Shown in pieces: positions 8,401 to 16,216 of a stretch of DNA of 32,919 bases. The notes under the pieces are model-generated. The model was not told the DNA's origin and made no database searches. It saw only the letters and a program-made list of their open reading frames with translations. The translations under genes and the position numbers were made by a program. Position 1 is the stretch's first letter. Every line of letters starts with the position of its first letter. The stretch covers positions 1 through 32,919 of the IMG/VR virus record IMGVR_UViG_3300044453_000318. One strand, written 5' to 3'. This DNA is from a virus (taxonomy: Duplodnaviria; Caudoviricetes).

Positions 8401-8656
8401 GGTGATCCACAGGCACCAGGTCAATAATGACCTGTTAATATCAAAAGCAAATTGGCAATACGCTCGTGAAGTCGGGAACCTGGCATATCAGTATGCTGAA
8501 CTCGACGGCCGTACGCATATTACAAGTTCACAATTTAAAAAGGGTTGGTTGAAAACAGATATTCTCGGTGATATTGAACTTGCAAAGCTTGTAGTGAGTG
8601 GCGAAGCCTCAGCGATCAGCGACAACGATTGGTGGGCAATGGATATTATGGCTTAG
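5411..8656 (+). CDS. Rolling-circle replication initiator endonuclease (P2 gpA family)
   Basis: ITAPSRFH, EPHTDGCPHWH (HUH), AAYIAKYISKNIDG (two Tyr), WASTWGIRQFQF, WRELRR. Confidence 0.95.
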   Translation: MTIWPITKCKISKAVLVKTNAVYDVNHQRYLVKNLSRFTNYTQLKLVTQYLDKIKPEHTNPSEQANAWFCAFIKQAQHRIDVTSLSINKDAKKALTKVHDNSNHNYIVEQIIKQNKASRLQASFVRQLHTNLNFIQDNKSSIKPLSTDVKNADELEQIQVLKSAAKNTVSTSVLSLFAGFDKDEHAFVYECLSVVPRPLQMRFAKRYLSRCDNSARSKYKANEWFRRTINKLKPRLKILKKIVDDMPLPWHILANVEKTKKHGCVLANEVSAILVDIRNNTDLNNLDVKSDFAKTIVNDIIKSQQNFSMVDYYNVISEFAAQFGVTLLFAEKGEYLTEPDAEIALLKAQCHAWWARKLKPIRARYLEHLEIATGEVGRDVFSAYDKKTKQRVKKRKGINAYCSKQAITEYNYNQERGKKYLESLELVNECGDVISLMKAVDKGMANPKNMRNELMLRVRSTEEMADAMNYVGGFYNITAPSRFHANSPSWDGSTPKECSAYLNKQYQQARAKLDRLEIPYFGIRVAEPHTDGCPHWHMLIWTPERYYYQVSHILRRYFTRDDRDVFFERFKRRKELKAVYTNKRRIWGLNKKRGTYTKEPKKDYYPSSPRFTAIRMEPAKVDKDGKRTGGAAAYIAKYISKNIDGFALSQEHDADSGEKLTQAVNPVKAWASTWGIRQFQFQKSPSITIWRELRRVKDELKGNDELEQVRYAAHNGDFKTFVTLMGGFGIGRASRFKPAYEVTPYGNDYGECVKRLKGIEDTTTLCSLVTRVHTWSKQPIGTADKNNDVVIAGQDADTVGIADLSWTSGNNCTPCTTRHTDELLLDMHGFTSEEIKDVKKDLLDGKKVGINGHVYFIKDGVLTIWDEKAQLKQRKLEDIAEIAKTEALKETLSDDSGVVHCNRHWPLFSVDDANRLRDGESIQLNGKLYYAEAYELYYFEQSQFKHIKHDVWPLFSSEHGWQLNRPFGVKSPDCDGEKVIHDGRIYYVLNAELYSLEVIHRHQVNNDLLISKANWQYAREVGNLAYQYAELDGRTHITSSQFKKGWLKTDILGDIELAKLVVSGEASAISDNDWWAMDIMA
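7821..7848 (+). other. Putative replication origin/nick site inside gpA
   Basis: TATCTTGGACTAGTGGGAATAATTGTAC (WTSGNNCT) corresponds to the P2-family ori region, recalled as CTCG/GAGTCCTGTCAATAACTG within gene A. Confidence 0.5.
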
Positions 8657-8760
8657 GAATAAACAGCCCTGTTTTGGATACAAAGATACTAGTAAGGAGA
8701 CTAATTTTTCTGGTAACTTTACTTTTCATTTTGATGTTAAAAATTAAGTTGGATCATATA

Positions 8761-9552
8761 TTGAAGATACAGACCGATAGAATAGACCCTATAGTTGAGA
8801 GTAGTGCTGATAAAGCTCATCGAGTAGCTAGAGGTATTATAGGCGCACTTCCGATGTTTAGCGGTACAGCTCTAGAGCTTTTTAATTCAGTCGTTGAAGT
8901 TCCATTAGAAAAAAGAAAAAGGGAATGGATGCTTCAAGTTACAGATGTTTTAAATGAACTTCAGGATAAATTTAATTTTGATATCGATTCTTTAGCGAGC
9001 AATGAAGAATTTATAAGCCTTTTGCTTAGGTCTAGTCAGGTTGCGATAAAAAATCATCAAAAAGAAAAGATAAAAGCATTAAAAGCAGCTTTATTAAATA
9101 CAGCTATAAATATTAATATATCAGAAGATGAAAAGGCAATTTTCATTAATTTGTTAGATGAATTTACTGTTTCACATTTAGAGATACTAAAAATGGTATC
9201 AAAAGGGTATTGTTGGTCACCAATTGAAGTGACCCCAAATCATGGCGTATGGGCAGAGTTCTCTAAAATTTTAACTATGGAATTTGATGAATTTGAAGAT
9301 AAAGTGGAACTAGCCTATCAAATCGTCTCTGATTTGGAATCAAAGAAATTACTTAGTGCATTACCCATTAATAAAATCAATAACCTGAATAATTATAGAA
9401 TACAAGTTTGGGCTAAGTCTGAGTGGGGTACTTCCATAGAATTGATTCCAGAGAAACATCATAAGGTTAAGGTTGGCTCTCACTACACATATTTAACGAT
9501 ACCTACGAAATTAGGTGAATCCTTTTTAAACTTTATAGTATGTGAAGAATAA
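8761..9552 (+). CDS. AT-rich moron protein, candidate anti-phage factor (Abi-alpha/DUF4393-like by eye)
   Basis: The ORF is open from 8629, but the real start is uncertain (TTG 8761 or ATG 8734). Contains GALPMFSGTALELF..EKRKREW..NEEFISLL..HQKEKIKALKAALLN and sits in the post-gpA variable slot. Confidence 0.6.
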   Translation: MKIQTDRIDPIVESSADKAHRVARGIIGALPMFSGTALELFNSVVEVPLEKRKREWMLQVTDVLNELQDKFNFDIDSLASNEEFISLLLRSSQVAIKNHQKEKIKALKAALLNTAININISEDEKAIFINLLDEFTVSHLEILKMVSKGYCWSPIEVTPNHGVWAEFSKILTMEFDEFEDKVELAYQIVSDLESKKLLSALPINKINNLNNYRIQVWAKSEWGTSIELIPEKHHKVKVGSHYTYLTIPTKLGESFLNFIVCEE

Positions 9553-9578
9553 ATGCATTAGTAGTAAATTGGCCTGAG

Positions 9579-9821
9579 CTACAACCCGACTAATTCCATT
9601 TGTTCTTCTCTTGTAAGATTCTTTAACAAAGACGCGGCCATTTGTGCCGTGTCTTTTCGTGGCGGGTTTAAGTAATGTGTAAACGCTAAGGTAGTAACGA
9701 AGGTAGCGCCGCACTCTTTAGTATTATTACAACTCACATATAAATTAGCCACATGATCAGACTGTTGTTCTCTTGATGTAATAGTAGCTTTGCTACCACA
9801 GTTCGGGCATGTGACTTTCAT
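9579..9821 (-). CDS. ogr: Ogr/Delta-like zinc-finger late activator
   Basis: CPNCGSKATI...LYVSCNNTKECGATF C4 zinc finger. Confidence 0.92.
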   Translation of the reverse strand: MKVTCPNCGSKATITSREQQSDHVANLYVSCNNTKECGATFVTTLAFTHYLNPPRKDTAQMAASLLKNLTREEQMELVGL

Positions 9822-9915
9822 TTTACTTACCTTATGTAAACTTAATGACTGTAATTATATACAGCAGTTTAACAACGAGCAAACAACGCATATAAACCCC
9901 AGCCGAAAACTAAAA

Positions 9916-9952
9916 CCGCGAAAAATTCACTCCTCCTCGCCTCCCGCTTTCG
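9916..9952. other. Putative cos (cohesive end) site
   Basis: CCGCGAAAAATTCACTCCTCCTCGCCTCCCGCTTTCG resembles the P2-family cos core (CCCCGCCTCGCC..CCGCTT) and lies in the non-coding gap between the early and portal sides. Confidence 0.65.
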
Positions 9953-9971
9953 TACTTTTTTTCGTTGATTT

Positions 9972-10087
9972 TGACACGCACTATGACACGACCATTATCA
10001 CCAAGCTTTATAAATAAAGGATCTACGGGTGATATAAAAAGGATCTGTGTGTCAAAGTGGTGACACGTTTTGACAGCCGAGTGACAT
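9972..10087. repeat. Cluster of TGACA(C) short repeats next to cos
   Basis: TGACAC at 9972, 9984 and 10061, TGACAG at 10071, TGACAT at 10082, inverted GTGTCA at 10049. Confidence 0.6.
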
Positions 10088-10164
10088 AAAACGATCTAAA
10101 TATGTTGTAAATACTGAAAATCAAAATATAATAAAATTATTATGACTTAACTCATAACTATTTT

Positions 10165-10410
10165 ATGAAGTATTTATTTAAAGGAATGCAAAGCCAAGAA
10201 CGGTTTGAGTTACTTTTATCATTAACTCGAATACAAAGTGAACCTGTGATCAGTGCGCTTAATGATTTCTTGGTAAAAGGCATGGACAAAAAGGCAGCGG
10301 CGTTGATTAATGGCGTTGAATTGTCCAATCTATCAGCGGCCTTATCAAAATTAGAAACTAAGGCCGCAGTAGTGGAACAAATTAAAGAGATAGATGTTTT
10401 AAGCGGCTAA
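10165..10410 (+). CDS. PapB/FocB-like transcriptional regulator
   Basis: GMQSQERFELLLSLTRIQSEPVISALNDFLVKG..AA..NGV..SNLSAALSKL fits the PapB pattern. Confidence 0.8.
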   Translation: MKYLFKGMQSQERFELLLSLTRIQSEPVISALNDFLVKGMDKKAAALINGVELSNLSAALSKLETKAAVVEQIKEIDVLSG

Positions 10411-11088
10411 TCGTTGTGTTGCTATTTCATGGTATACATCGGTCATTTCTATGCCGACAAAATCTAACCCTAAATTTTTGCAAGCTACGCCAGTGCTACC
10501 ACTACCCATAAACGGGTCTAATACTTTGCCGTCTTTTGGTACCACACTGCAGAGCCACTCCATCACATCAATAGGTTTTGATGTTTGATGAAAACGCCCA
10601 CCACGGTGGGGATGACAATTAAAAATGCTTTTATGGTATTTAGGATTAGCTGTAAATTTATGTGGTCCTTTGGTAGCCCATAAAATAAATTCACACTGTT
10701 GACCAAAGCCATCTTTACGTGGTCGGCAATTCTTTTTATCCCAAACCAAAGCGCCGCGCCAAATCCAACCGCCTACCTGTAACGCATCAGCCATTACTGG
10801 ATAATTACGCCAATCAATAAAGCATAATAAATGCGCACCAGGTTTAGCAATTCGGTATGACTCGGCCATCCATTGGGATGACCACGCTAATAAACTACGC
10901 TGATCTCTGCAGTCTCCTTCAAAGTCAGCGTATTTATTACTGTTTGAATATTTCGTGCCTGTACTACTTTTTTTAGCCGTTGAGTTTAACGCGCCGCTGG
11001 CATAAGGAGGATCGGTAATCACTGCATCCACCGTTTCATTCTCTAAATCACGTAAAACTTTTAAACTATCACCTTTTAATAACTGCAT
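10399..11088 (-). CDS. Beta-class DNA methyltransferase (N4-C/N6-A)
   Basis: N-terminal VITDPPY, HQTSKP, C-terminal VLDPFMGSGSTG. Confidence 0.93.
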   Translation of the reverse strand: MQLLKGDSLKVLRDLENETVDAVITDPPYASGALNSTAKKSSTGTKYSNSNKYADFEGDCRDQRSLLAWSSQWMAESYRIAKPGAHLLCFIDWRNYPVMADALQVGGWIWRGALVWDKKNCRPRKDGFGQQCEFILWATKGPHKFTANPKYHKSIFNCHPHRGGRFHQTSKPIDVMEWLCSVVPKDGKVLDPFMGSGSTGVACKNLGLDFVGIEMTDVYHEIATQRLAA

Positions 11089-11151
11089 ACTTCTATCCTT
11101 AAGGTTAAGAAAATAGGCATCATTGCCGTATTATTTAGATTTTCTTTTCGT

Positions 11152-11613
11152 AAAAATGCCCTAAATAAGCGCATTAATCCGAGTGTTGATACCGCATTAG
11201 CTTTGAAGAATCAGGGCTATACCGTAAAGGTTTGGCTTTTGGGAAGAATTTTGTTATCAACTCCCAAAGTCCGTGGCCCATACCTACTGTGAAAACTTCT
11301 ATTTTTTTTACGTCATATATAGTCATAAGACTTTTAACTGTTCTTGCAGACTCTTCAAATCCCATGTTATCTAAATCATATTGTTTTACTAATTTGGGTT
11401 TTTCATGTGCGATTAAAGGGAGTTTAAAAATAGTAGCTTTTGCAGTAGCACCTTTTGTTGAAGGGTTAACCAAAATCATAACTGGATCGAGCTTTTTATT
11501 TTCTAACGTCAGATAAAGGTTATTTAATCTACGAAGTAATATTTTAAGCATGTTAATTTTTCCTTTTAAAAAACGCTCTAAACAAGCGCATTAATCCGAG
11601 TGTTGATACTGCA
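11152..11613. repeat. 45-bp imperfect direct repeat (11152-11196 and 11569-11613) duplicating the holin 3' end
   Basis: 41/45 identical with core AAGCGCATTAATCCGAGTGTTGATAC. Both copies read AVSTLGLMRLFRAF on the minus strand. Confidence 0.92.
11174..11551 (-). CDS. Stand-alone degenerate paralog of the terminase large-subunit nuclease domain
   Basis: Ungapped manual alignment to the C-terminal part of the 13356-15134 product gives 39/94 identities. The acidic catalytic positions are replaced. Confidence 0.8.
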   Translation of the reverse strand: MLKILLRRLNNLYLTLENKKLDPVMILVNPSTKGATAKATIFKLPLIAHEKPKLVKQYDLDNMGFEESARTVKSLMTIYDVKKIEVFTVGMGHGLWELITKFFPKAKPLRYSPDSSKLMRYQHSD

Positions 11614-11987
11614 ATACCAACAATCACAAATTCAAAGTACCAGGGCGCACCCTTGTAACCCATAGCCGACCAACCCGCAGCCATATAAGGTTGCATCGCT
11701 GGTATAAAATGGCAGACAAACAAACCCAAAAAGAACAAAATTATAATTTCATCAATGATGGTTTTATCGCGGTTTTTAAGTACAAGTAGGTCATAGTCTG
11801 AGTCGTTTTGTTCTGCCAGTTCGCAGCGCTTGGCCTTGGCATTAAACTGAGCAATTTTAAAATTGTTCTCAGCCGTTGCTACCGCCGCTGCCATTTCAGC
11901 GGCTATGCGTTTACGTTCACGATAGCCGCCAGTTAAGTCGGCAATTGGATTAGTAAAAAATTCAAATGCAGTTTTAAACCAGGTCAT
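11553..11987 (-). CDS. Putative holin-like membrane protein (3TM-holin type)
   Basis: Amphipathic N-terminus, coiled coil, two C-terminal TM segments and a basic tail (RAFFKRKN). Confidence 0.6.
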   Translation of the reverse strand: MTWFKTAFEFFTNPIADLTGGYRERKRIAAEMAAAVATAENNFKIAQFNAKAKRCELAEQNDSDYDLLVLKNRDKTIIDEIIILFFLGLFVCHFIPAMQPYMAAGWSAMGYKGAPWYFEFVIVGIAVSTLGLMRLFRAFFKRKN

Positions 11988-12298
11988 TATTTACCCCTTA
12001 ACTTTTTAACAAAAGACATTGGGTCTTTACTAAACCGTTGCCCAAGCGTATTTAACCCATTAAACAAGTGGGGCGCCAAATACGCACCCACACCAATAAA
12101 GCCAGGGCGGGCGCTTTTTGCTACTTCCCAAAAGTCACAAAAACTCGATACCAGGTAAGCGGCCAGTAATGCCATGAGTGCGTTAAAAAAGTACCGTGCA
12201 AAAGTAAATGCGTGAGGCGATAAATAGAGCTGAATGGCAGCGGCGGCCATACTGATTATGACAAACTGTACAATCTGTTTAAGGTGTATAAAGTCCAT
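11987..12298 (-). CDS. Putative holin
   Basis: 103 aa with about 3 hydrophobic segments and a basic C-terminus (KDPMSFVKKLRGK). Translationally coupled to the portal gene. Confidence 0.65.
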   Translation of the reverse strand: MDFIHLKQIVQFVIISMAAAAIQLYLSPHAFTFARYFFNALMALLAAYLVSSFCDFWEVAKSARPGFIGVGAYLAPHLFNGLNTLGQRFSKDPMSFVKKLRGK

Positions 12299-13356
12299 TA
12301 TTCTGCGTCCTTGCTTGGGTTTAAATCTGAGTATTCGGGTATTGCAAAATCAATGTGTAAGTTGCTTGGCAAGTAACGGTTAATGCCTTGCATGGTTTGC
12401 TGAAGGGGTACCACTTCATTGTTGTAATAAGCCCGGGTAATTTTGTCTAAATCACCAAAGCCAGGCGAATCGCCAGAGGTTTGTCCGCTCAATGCTTCTT
12501 GTGCACGGTGCATGCTGAGCATATCGTTAAGCGTAATTTTTTTAATTCGCTCAAACTCGTCTTTAGTCGATATATCGCCAACAGGGGTGATTTTTATGCT
12601 TTTCTCAGCGTCGGCTTTATTACTGCGAAAGTTAAAAAATAAGCTCCTAAAGTTACCCACGCCTTTACTATCGGCTATGGCTTTTTTTAATCTGGCTTCA
12701 TCGTCCGTACTTAAATTAGGATCGGCCATACTAAATATAAAACCCATGTGCGCTCCGTTCTTGTAATAACGGCGCCTAAATAGGGTGGCGTCTTCATTGA
12801 GTAACGCGCTTTGAATGCCGCCATAATATTCGGGTATGCCGTAAATACCTTGTGCTGGGTCGTACTCTTTTATATGAATGACTTCACCAGGATTAAATTT
12901 AATGGGTTCAATACTGCGGTTTGTCAGTTGAGCATAAACCCCGCGCTCGGTTGTGTAGCGCATGGTTAAAGCGGGTAGGTGTTTGAGCCTAATAACTTGC
13001 CCAAACTTATTTTTAATCACTTGCAAATAAGCATTACCTGCCCAAAGGTAATCGTACGCAAACTTTTTAAACGCCTCGTTACTTAAAATAGGGTTGGGCT
13101 TAAACCACTTTAAAACCATGTTGCGCTTAAAGCCGAGTATGGGCCCGTGCTGGGCATTCACTCGCAGCAATTGCACTAAGCCATTTAAGCTCACGGGTGG
13201 TGAATAAATACCGTTGCTATCACTGAATACCCCTATGTAATCAGTAAGTCGGTTATCTAAACAGGTTTCGGGATCGCCAAAACTAAACACATCACTCATA
13301 GCTGTATAATTTGGCGTACTCCCCGGTTTAATATTTTGCATTCTTGGCTTAGTCAT
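12298..13356 (-). CDS. Portal protein (P2 gpQ/PBSX family)
   Basis: FSFGDPE, YDPAQGIYGIPEY, NEDATLFRRRYYKNGAHMG, SKGVGNFRSLF. Confidence 0.96.
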   Translation of the reverse strand: MTKPRMQNIKPGSTPNYTAMSDVFSFGDPETCLDNRLTDYIGVFSDSNGIYSPPVSLNGLVQLLRVNAQHGPILGFKRNMVLKWFKPNPILSNEAFKKFAYDYLWAGNAYLQVIKNKFGQVIRLKHLPALTMRYTTERGVYAQLTNRSIEPIKFNPGEVIHIKEYDPAQGIYGIPEYYGGIQSALLNEDATLFRRRYYKNGAHMGFIFSMADPNLSTDDEARLKKAIADSKGVGNFRSLFFNFRSNKADAEKSIKITPVGDISTKDEFERIKKITLNDMLSMHRAQEALSGQTSGDSPGFGDLDKITRAYYNNEVVPLQQTMQGINRYLPSNLHIDFAIPEYSDLNPSKDAE

Positions 13357-15134
13357 TAAGCGGCTATCCCTACTGAGGTTTGACGGCCCATAGTGTTACC
13401 GTCTAAAGGTTCATATTTCATGGCATGCATAATGGCCCACGCCATATCTGCATGGCCCGTGCTTTCGGTGCGGTTTGTTGCGTATGTAATTTGGTCGCCC
13501 TTAACTTGTTTGCGAATGTTTATAAACGAGCTGGCAATATTTACGGCGTTTTCATCAAATTCAAAACGGCGGTTCTTAATCACGTTCATGGCTTTAATAA
13601 CCATTTGATTTTTTACAATCGGGTTATAATGAATGGGCTCCGCATTGGGGTAAAACTTAGTGATTAACTCCCACACACCGTAGCCCATGCCCGTTGTGTC
13701 TACGCCAATGTGTTGTACATTGTATTTTTTTGTGAGTTCTTCAATTTCGTTTGCCATGGCTTCAAAGTCGTTGCCGCTTAAATCGAGCGATTCTAGTAGC
13801 CTGAATTTTTCACCTGGTTTCATTGGTAGGCTTAACACAGCAACACAGGCTTTATCGCCATAGCGAGCAGGGTCAAAACCAATTACTACGGGTTTTAAAC
13901 CAAAGGGCCGTTCAAGTTCTTCGTCAAAGTCGTCCCATTTTGTTGAGTCACACACACACTTTAAAAGCTGTTGTAAATTAAATGCCGAATGTGCATCGTC
14001 AATAAACTTACACATAAACAAGTTGTTAAACTCGTCTTCTGAATATTCGTTCTCGAGGACGCTTATGTCTATTCGATCAAAACCAGAGTTAACAACATCA
14101 TGTACGTTAAGCATTTGCCGCCAAATGCCATCCTCACATAAGCGGCCTTCTTTTAAAGCTTTATGGCTGCAATCAATCGCAAACTCAGGGTCGTTACACG
14201 CTTTGGTTTTTCGGTACCATTTACCATTCCAATGGTCGTATGCTTCATGAGATGTAACACTGGGCGTACTAAAATAGGTTAATCGTAAGTGCTTATGTGT
14301 AGACATTGCCCCCGCAAGCGCCCTAAGTGTTTTGTATTTGGGGATCCAAAACACCTCGTCTATGTATAAATCACCTGATTCAGATGCCGCTGTTCTTGCA
14401 TTGGTTGACTTAAATATAAGCTTGACTGTTTTGCCGCCTTTTAGGTTTAACACCATGGGTGAGCCAGTCAGCTCAATATTAAAATGCTCTCGCACCAAGG
14501 CGATAATATTGGCTTTGAATACTTCGGCCTGATCGCGTGATGCAGATATAAATATCTTGTTGCGACCATTCACCACAGCATCATAAAACGCTTCAAACGC
14601 AAAATAGAAGGTGGCGCCAATCTGGCGCGGTTTTAATATAAAGCGGCTGCGGTGGTCTTGGTTTTCAAACCAATGTAATTGGTGAGGGTAAAGTAACTTG
14701 TCCTTAAGCTCGTCGAGCATTTCGACTGTAATGGCTGAGCAGTCATTCTTTTTATTTTTTTTCTTCTTACTGCGGTTGCTACCGCCAGAACCATTACTTT
14801 CTGATTGACCATCATTGGCGGCGCGTTGTTTAGGAACAGGGGTAAGTTTACTTTTATTGAGTGCGCAAAGCTGACGAGTACAAAAATCAAGTTCTTTAAA
14901 ATCGGCTTCACTTTTATCTGGTTTATCAGTAAGAATATTAATACGGCGGCTAAATGCCATTTCAGCGTTATAGCTTGGGCACATATCGGCCCACTTGCCA
15001 TCATCGGCCCAGCGTCGAATGCTGCGAGCGCTTGGCATGTTTGGCAAATCGGCTATTTCATCAAATGTGTAGCCGTTCACGATATACAAATCTTGTGCTT
15101 GTTTTCGTATTTCTGGCCCGTACTTTGGCTGCAT
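13356..15134 (-). CDS. Terminase large (ATPase) subunit, P2 gpP family
   Basis: Walker A KPRQIGATFYFA, Walker B LYIDEVFW, FSTPS, nuclease motifs IGFDPA/GVDTTG/HAD. Confidence 0.96.
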   Translation of the reverse strand: MQPKYGPEIRKQAQDLYIVNGYTFDEIADLPNMPSARSIRRWADDGKWADMCPSYNAEMAFSRRINILTDKPDKSEADFKELDFCTRQLCALNKSKLTPVPKQRAANDGQSESNGSGGSNRSKKKKNKKNDCSAITVEMLDELKDKLLYPHQLHWFENQDHRSRFILKPRQIGATFYFAFEAFYDAVVNGRNKIFISASRDQAEVFKANIIALVREHFNIELTGSPMVLNLKGGKTVKLIFKSTNARTAASESGDLYIDEVFWIPKYKTLRALAGAMSTHKHLRLTYFSTPSVTSHEAYDHWNGKWYRKTKACNDPEFAIDCSHKALKEGRLCEDGIWRQMLNVHDVVNSGFDRIDISVLENEYSEDEFNNLFMCKFIDDAHSAFNLQQLLKCVCDSTKWDDFDEELERPFGLKPVVIGFDPARYGDKACVAVLSLPMKPGEKFRLLESLDLSGNDFEAMANEIEELTKKYNVQHIGVDTTGMGYGVWELITKFYPNAEPIHYNPIVKNQMVIKAMNVIKNRRFEFDENAVNIASSFINIRKQVKGDQITYATNRTESTGHADMAWAIMHAMKYEPLDGNTMGRQTSVGIAA

Positions 15135-15209
15135 CCTGCGCCCCTTATTTACTCCATGTAAATCAGTTTAAGGGCAAAAAAAGCCTAAATCGTGCACTTA
15201 AATTCCGCT

Positions 15210-15238
15210 AAATTCCTAAAGTCAAAATATAGGAATTT
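15210..15238. promoter_or_regulatory. Inverted repeat in the divergent late promoter region, candidate late-activator site
   Basis: AAATTCCTA-N11-TAGGAATTT between the terminase and scaffold genes, with an extra AAATTCC half-site at 15200. Confidence 0.55.
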
Positions 15239-15324
15239 CTAAAAAGTAAACCGCTCGAAAAGTGTAAAAAGTGGGTGCAAACTGCATACAACTTTTAAAG
15301 AGACATGCACTAAACGGGTAAGCA

Positions 15325-16206
15325 ATGCCAGGTCAATTACGTACAATTCCACTTTCTATCGCTGCGGTTGGTAACACAGTTGATGGTCGAGAAATCGAAG
15401 CAAAAGACGTAAATGATATTGTTGAAACTTATAACCCGACTATGTATGGCGCACGAATCAACATTGACCATTATATGGATATGTCGGGCTGGAAAGCTGA
15501 AACCCTATCATCATTAAAATTAAATGGCGGTATGTTGGGCGATGTGCTTTCGGTTAAAACTGAAACGAATGAAGAAGGTGTGCAAGTATTAATGGCCGTG
15601 CTTTGCCCCAACGCGAGTTTTGTTCAATTAAATCAAGCCGACCAACACGTTTACTTCTCGATTGAAATAGACCGCAATTTTATGGGTACGGGCAAAACCT
15701 ATTTAACAGGGTTAGCCGTGACTGATTACCCAGCCAGTGCTTACACATCAAGAGCCAATTTCAGTAAAGAGCATGGCACAGAGAACAAGGATGTTTCTTA
15801 TCTTCGAGCTGATCTTCTTTTGGATAATAAGGAAGATAAGCCACCGAAACAGCCATTTTATAAAACCCTATTTAACAAGGACGACACCATGGCGTTATCA
15901 GAGCAAGATAAATCAGATATTGGCAAAGCAGTTGCCGACGCATTAACTCCAGCATTTACACAACTTAGCACTTCAATTAATGAGTTCAGTAAAGAAAATC
16001 AGCAGGAAGCTGGCGGCCAACAGGATGAAGGCCAGGGCACTGATGTCCAAAACCAAGAGCTGACGGAACAGCTCACCCAATTAAATGACAAGTTCAGCAA
16101 ACTTGAAAACCAGTTTAATGAGCTTTCAAATGAAAAAGCTGACGACACCACCGATGCCGACGACGAGCCAACAGGCGACGACGGCAAATATAGCAACTTA
16201 CTGTAA
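15325..16206 (+). CDS. Capsid scaffolding protein/protease (P2 gpO)
   Basis: GNTVDGREI, YGARINIDH, YFSIEI..TGKTYLTGLAVTDYPAS. Confidence 0.95.
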   Translation: MPGQLRTIPLSIAAVGNTVDGREIEAKDVNDIVETYNPTMYGARINIDHYMDMSGWKAETLSSLKLNGGMLGDVLSVKTETNEEGVQVLMAVLCPNASFVQLNQADQHVYFSIEIDRNFMGTGKTYLTGLAVTDYPASAYTSRANFSKEHGTENKDVSYLRADLLLDNKEDKPPKQPFYKTLFNKDDTMALSEQDKSDIGKAVADALTPAFTQLSTSINEFSKENQQEAGGQQDEGQGTDVQNQELTEQLTQLNDKFSKLENQFNELSNEKADDTTDADDEPTGDDGKYSNLL

Positions 16207-16216
16207 GGAAACAGCA

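Noticed and set aside
5411-8656. Intein or intron explaining the long gpA
   Set aside because: No splicing or homing-endonuclease motifs were recognised. The extra length is accounted for by terminal repeats.
8629-8760. Upstream extension of the moron ORF
   Set aside because: It overlaps the gpA end, has no clear RBS and looks like AT-rich promoter DNA. The true start remains uncertain.
9790-10017. 75-aa ORF
   Set aside because: It overlaps the ogr start and the cos-like region and has no RBS or motif.
9972-10087. CRISPR-like mini-array
   Set aside because: The repeats are only 5-6 bp with very short spacing, and there are no cas genes.
16085-16216. N-terminal extension of the capsid ORF
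   Set aside because: It overlaps the scaffold gene, and the RBS and family N-terminus point to ATG 16217.
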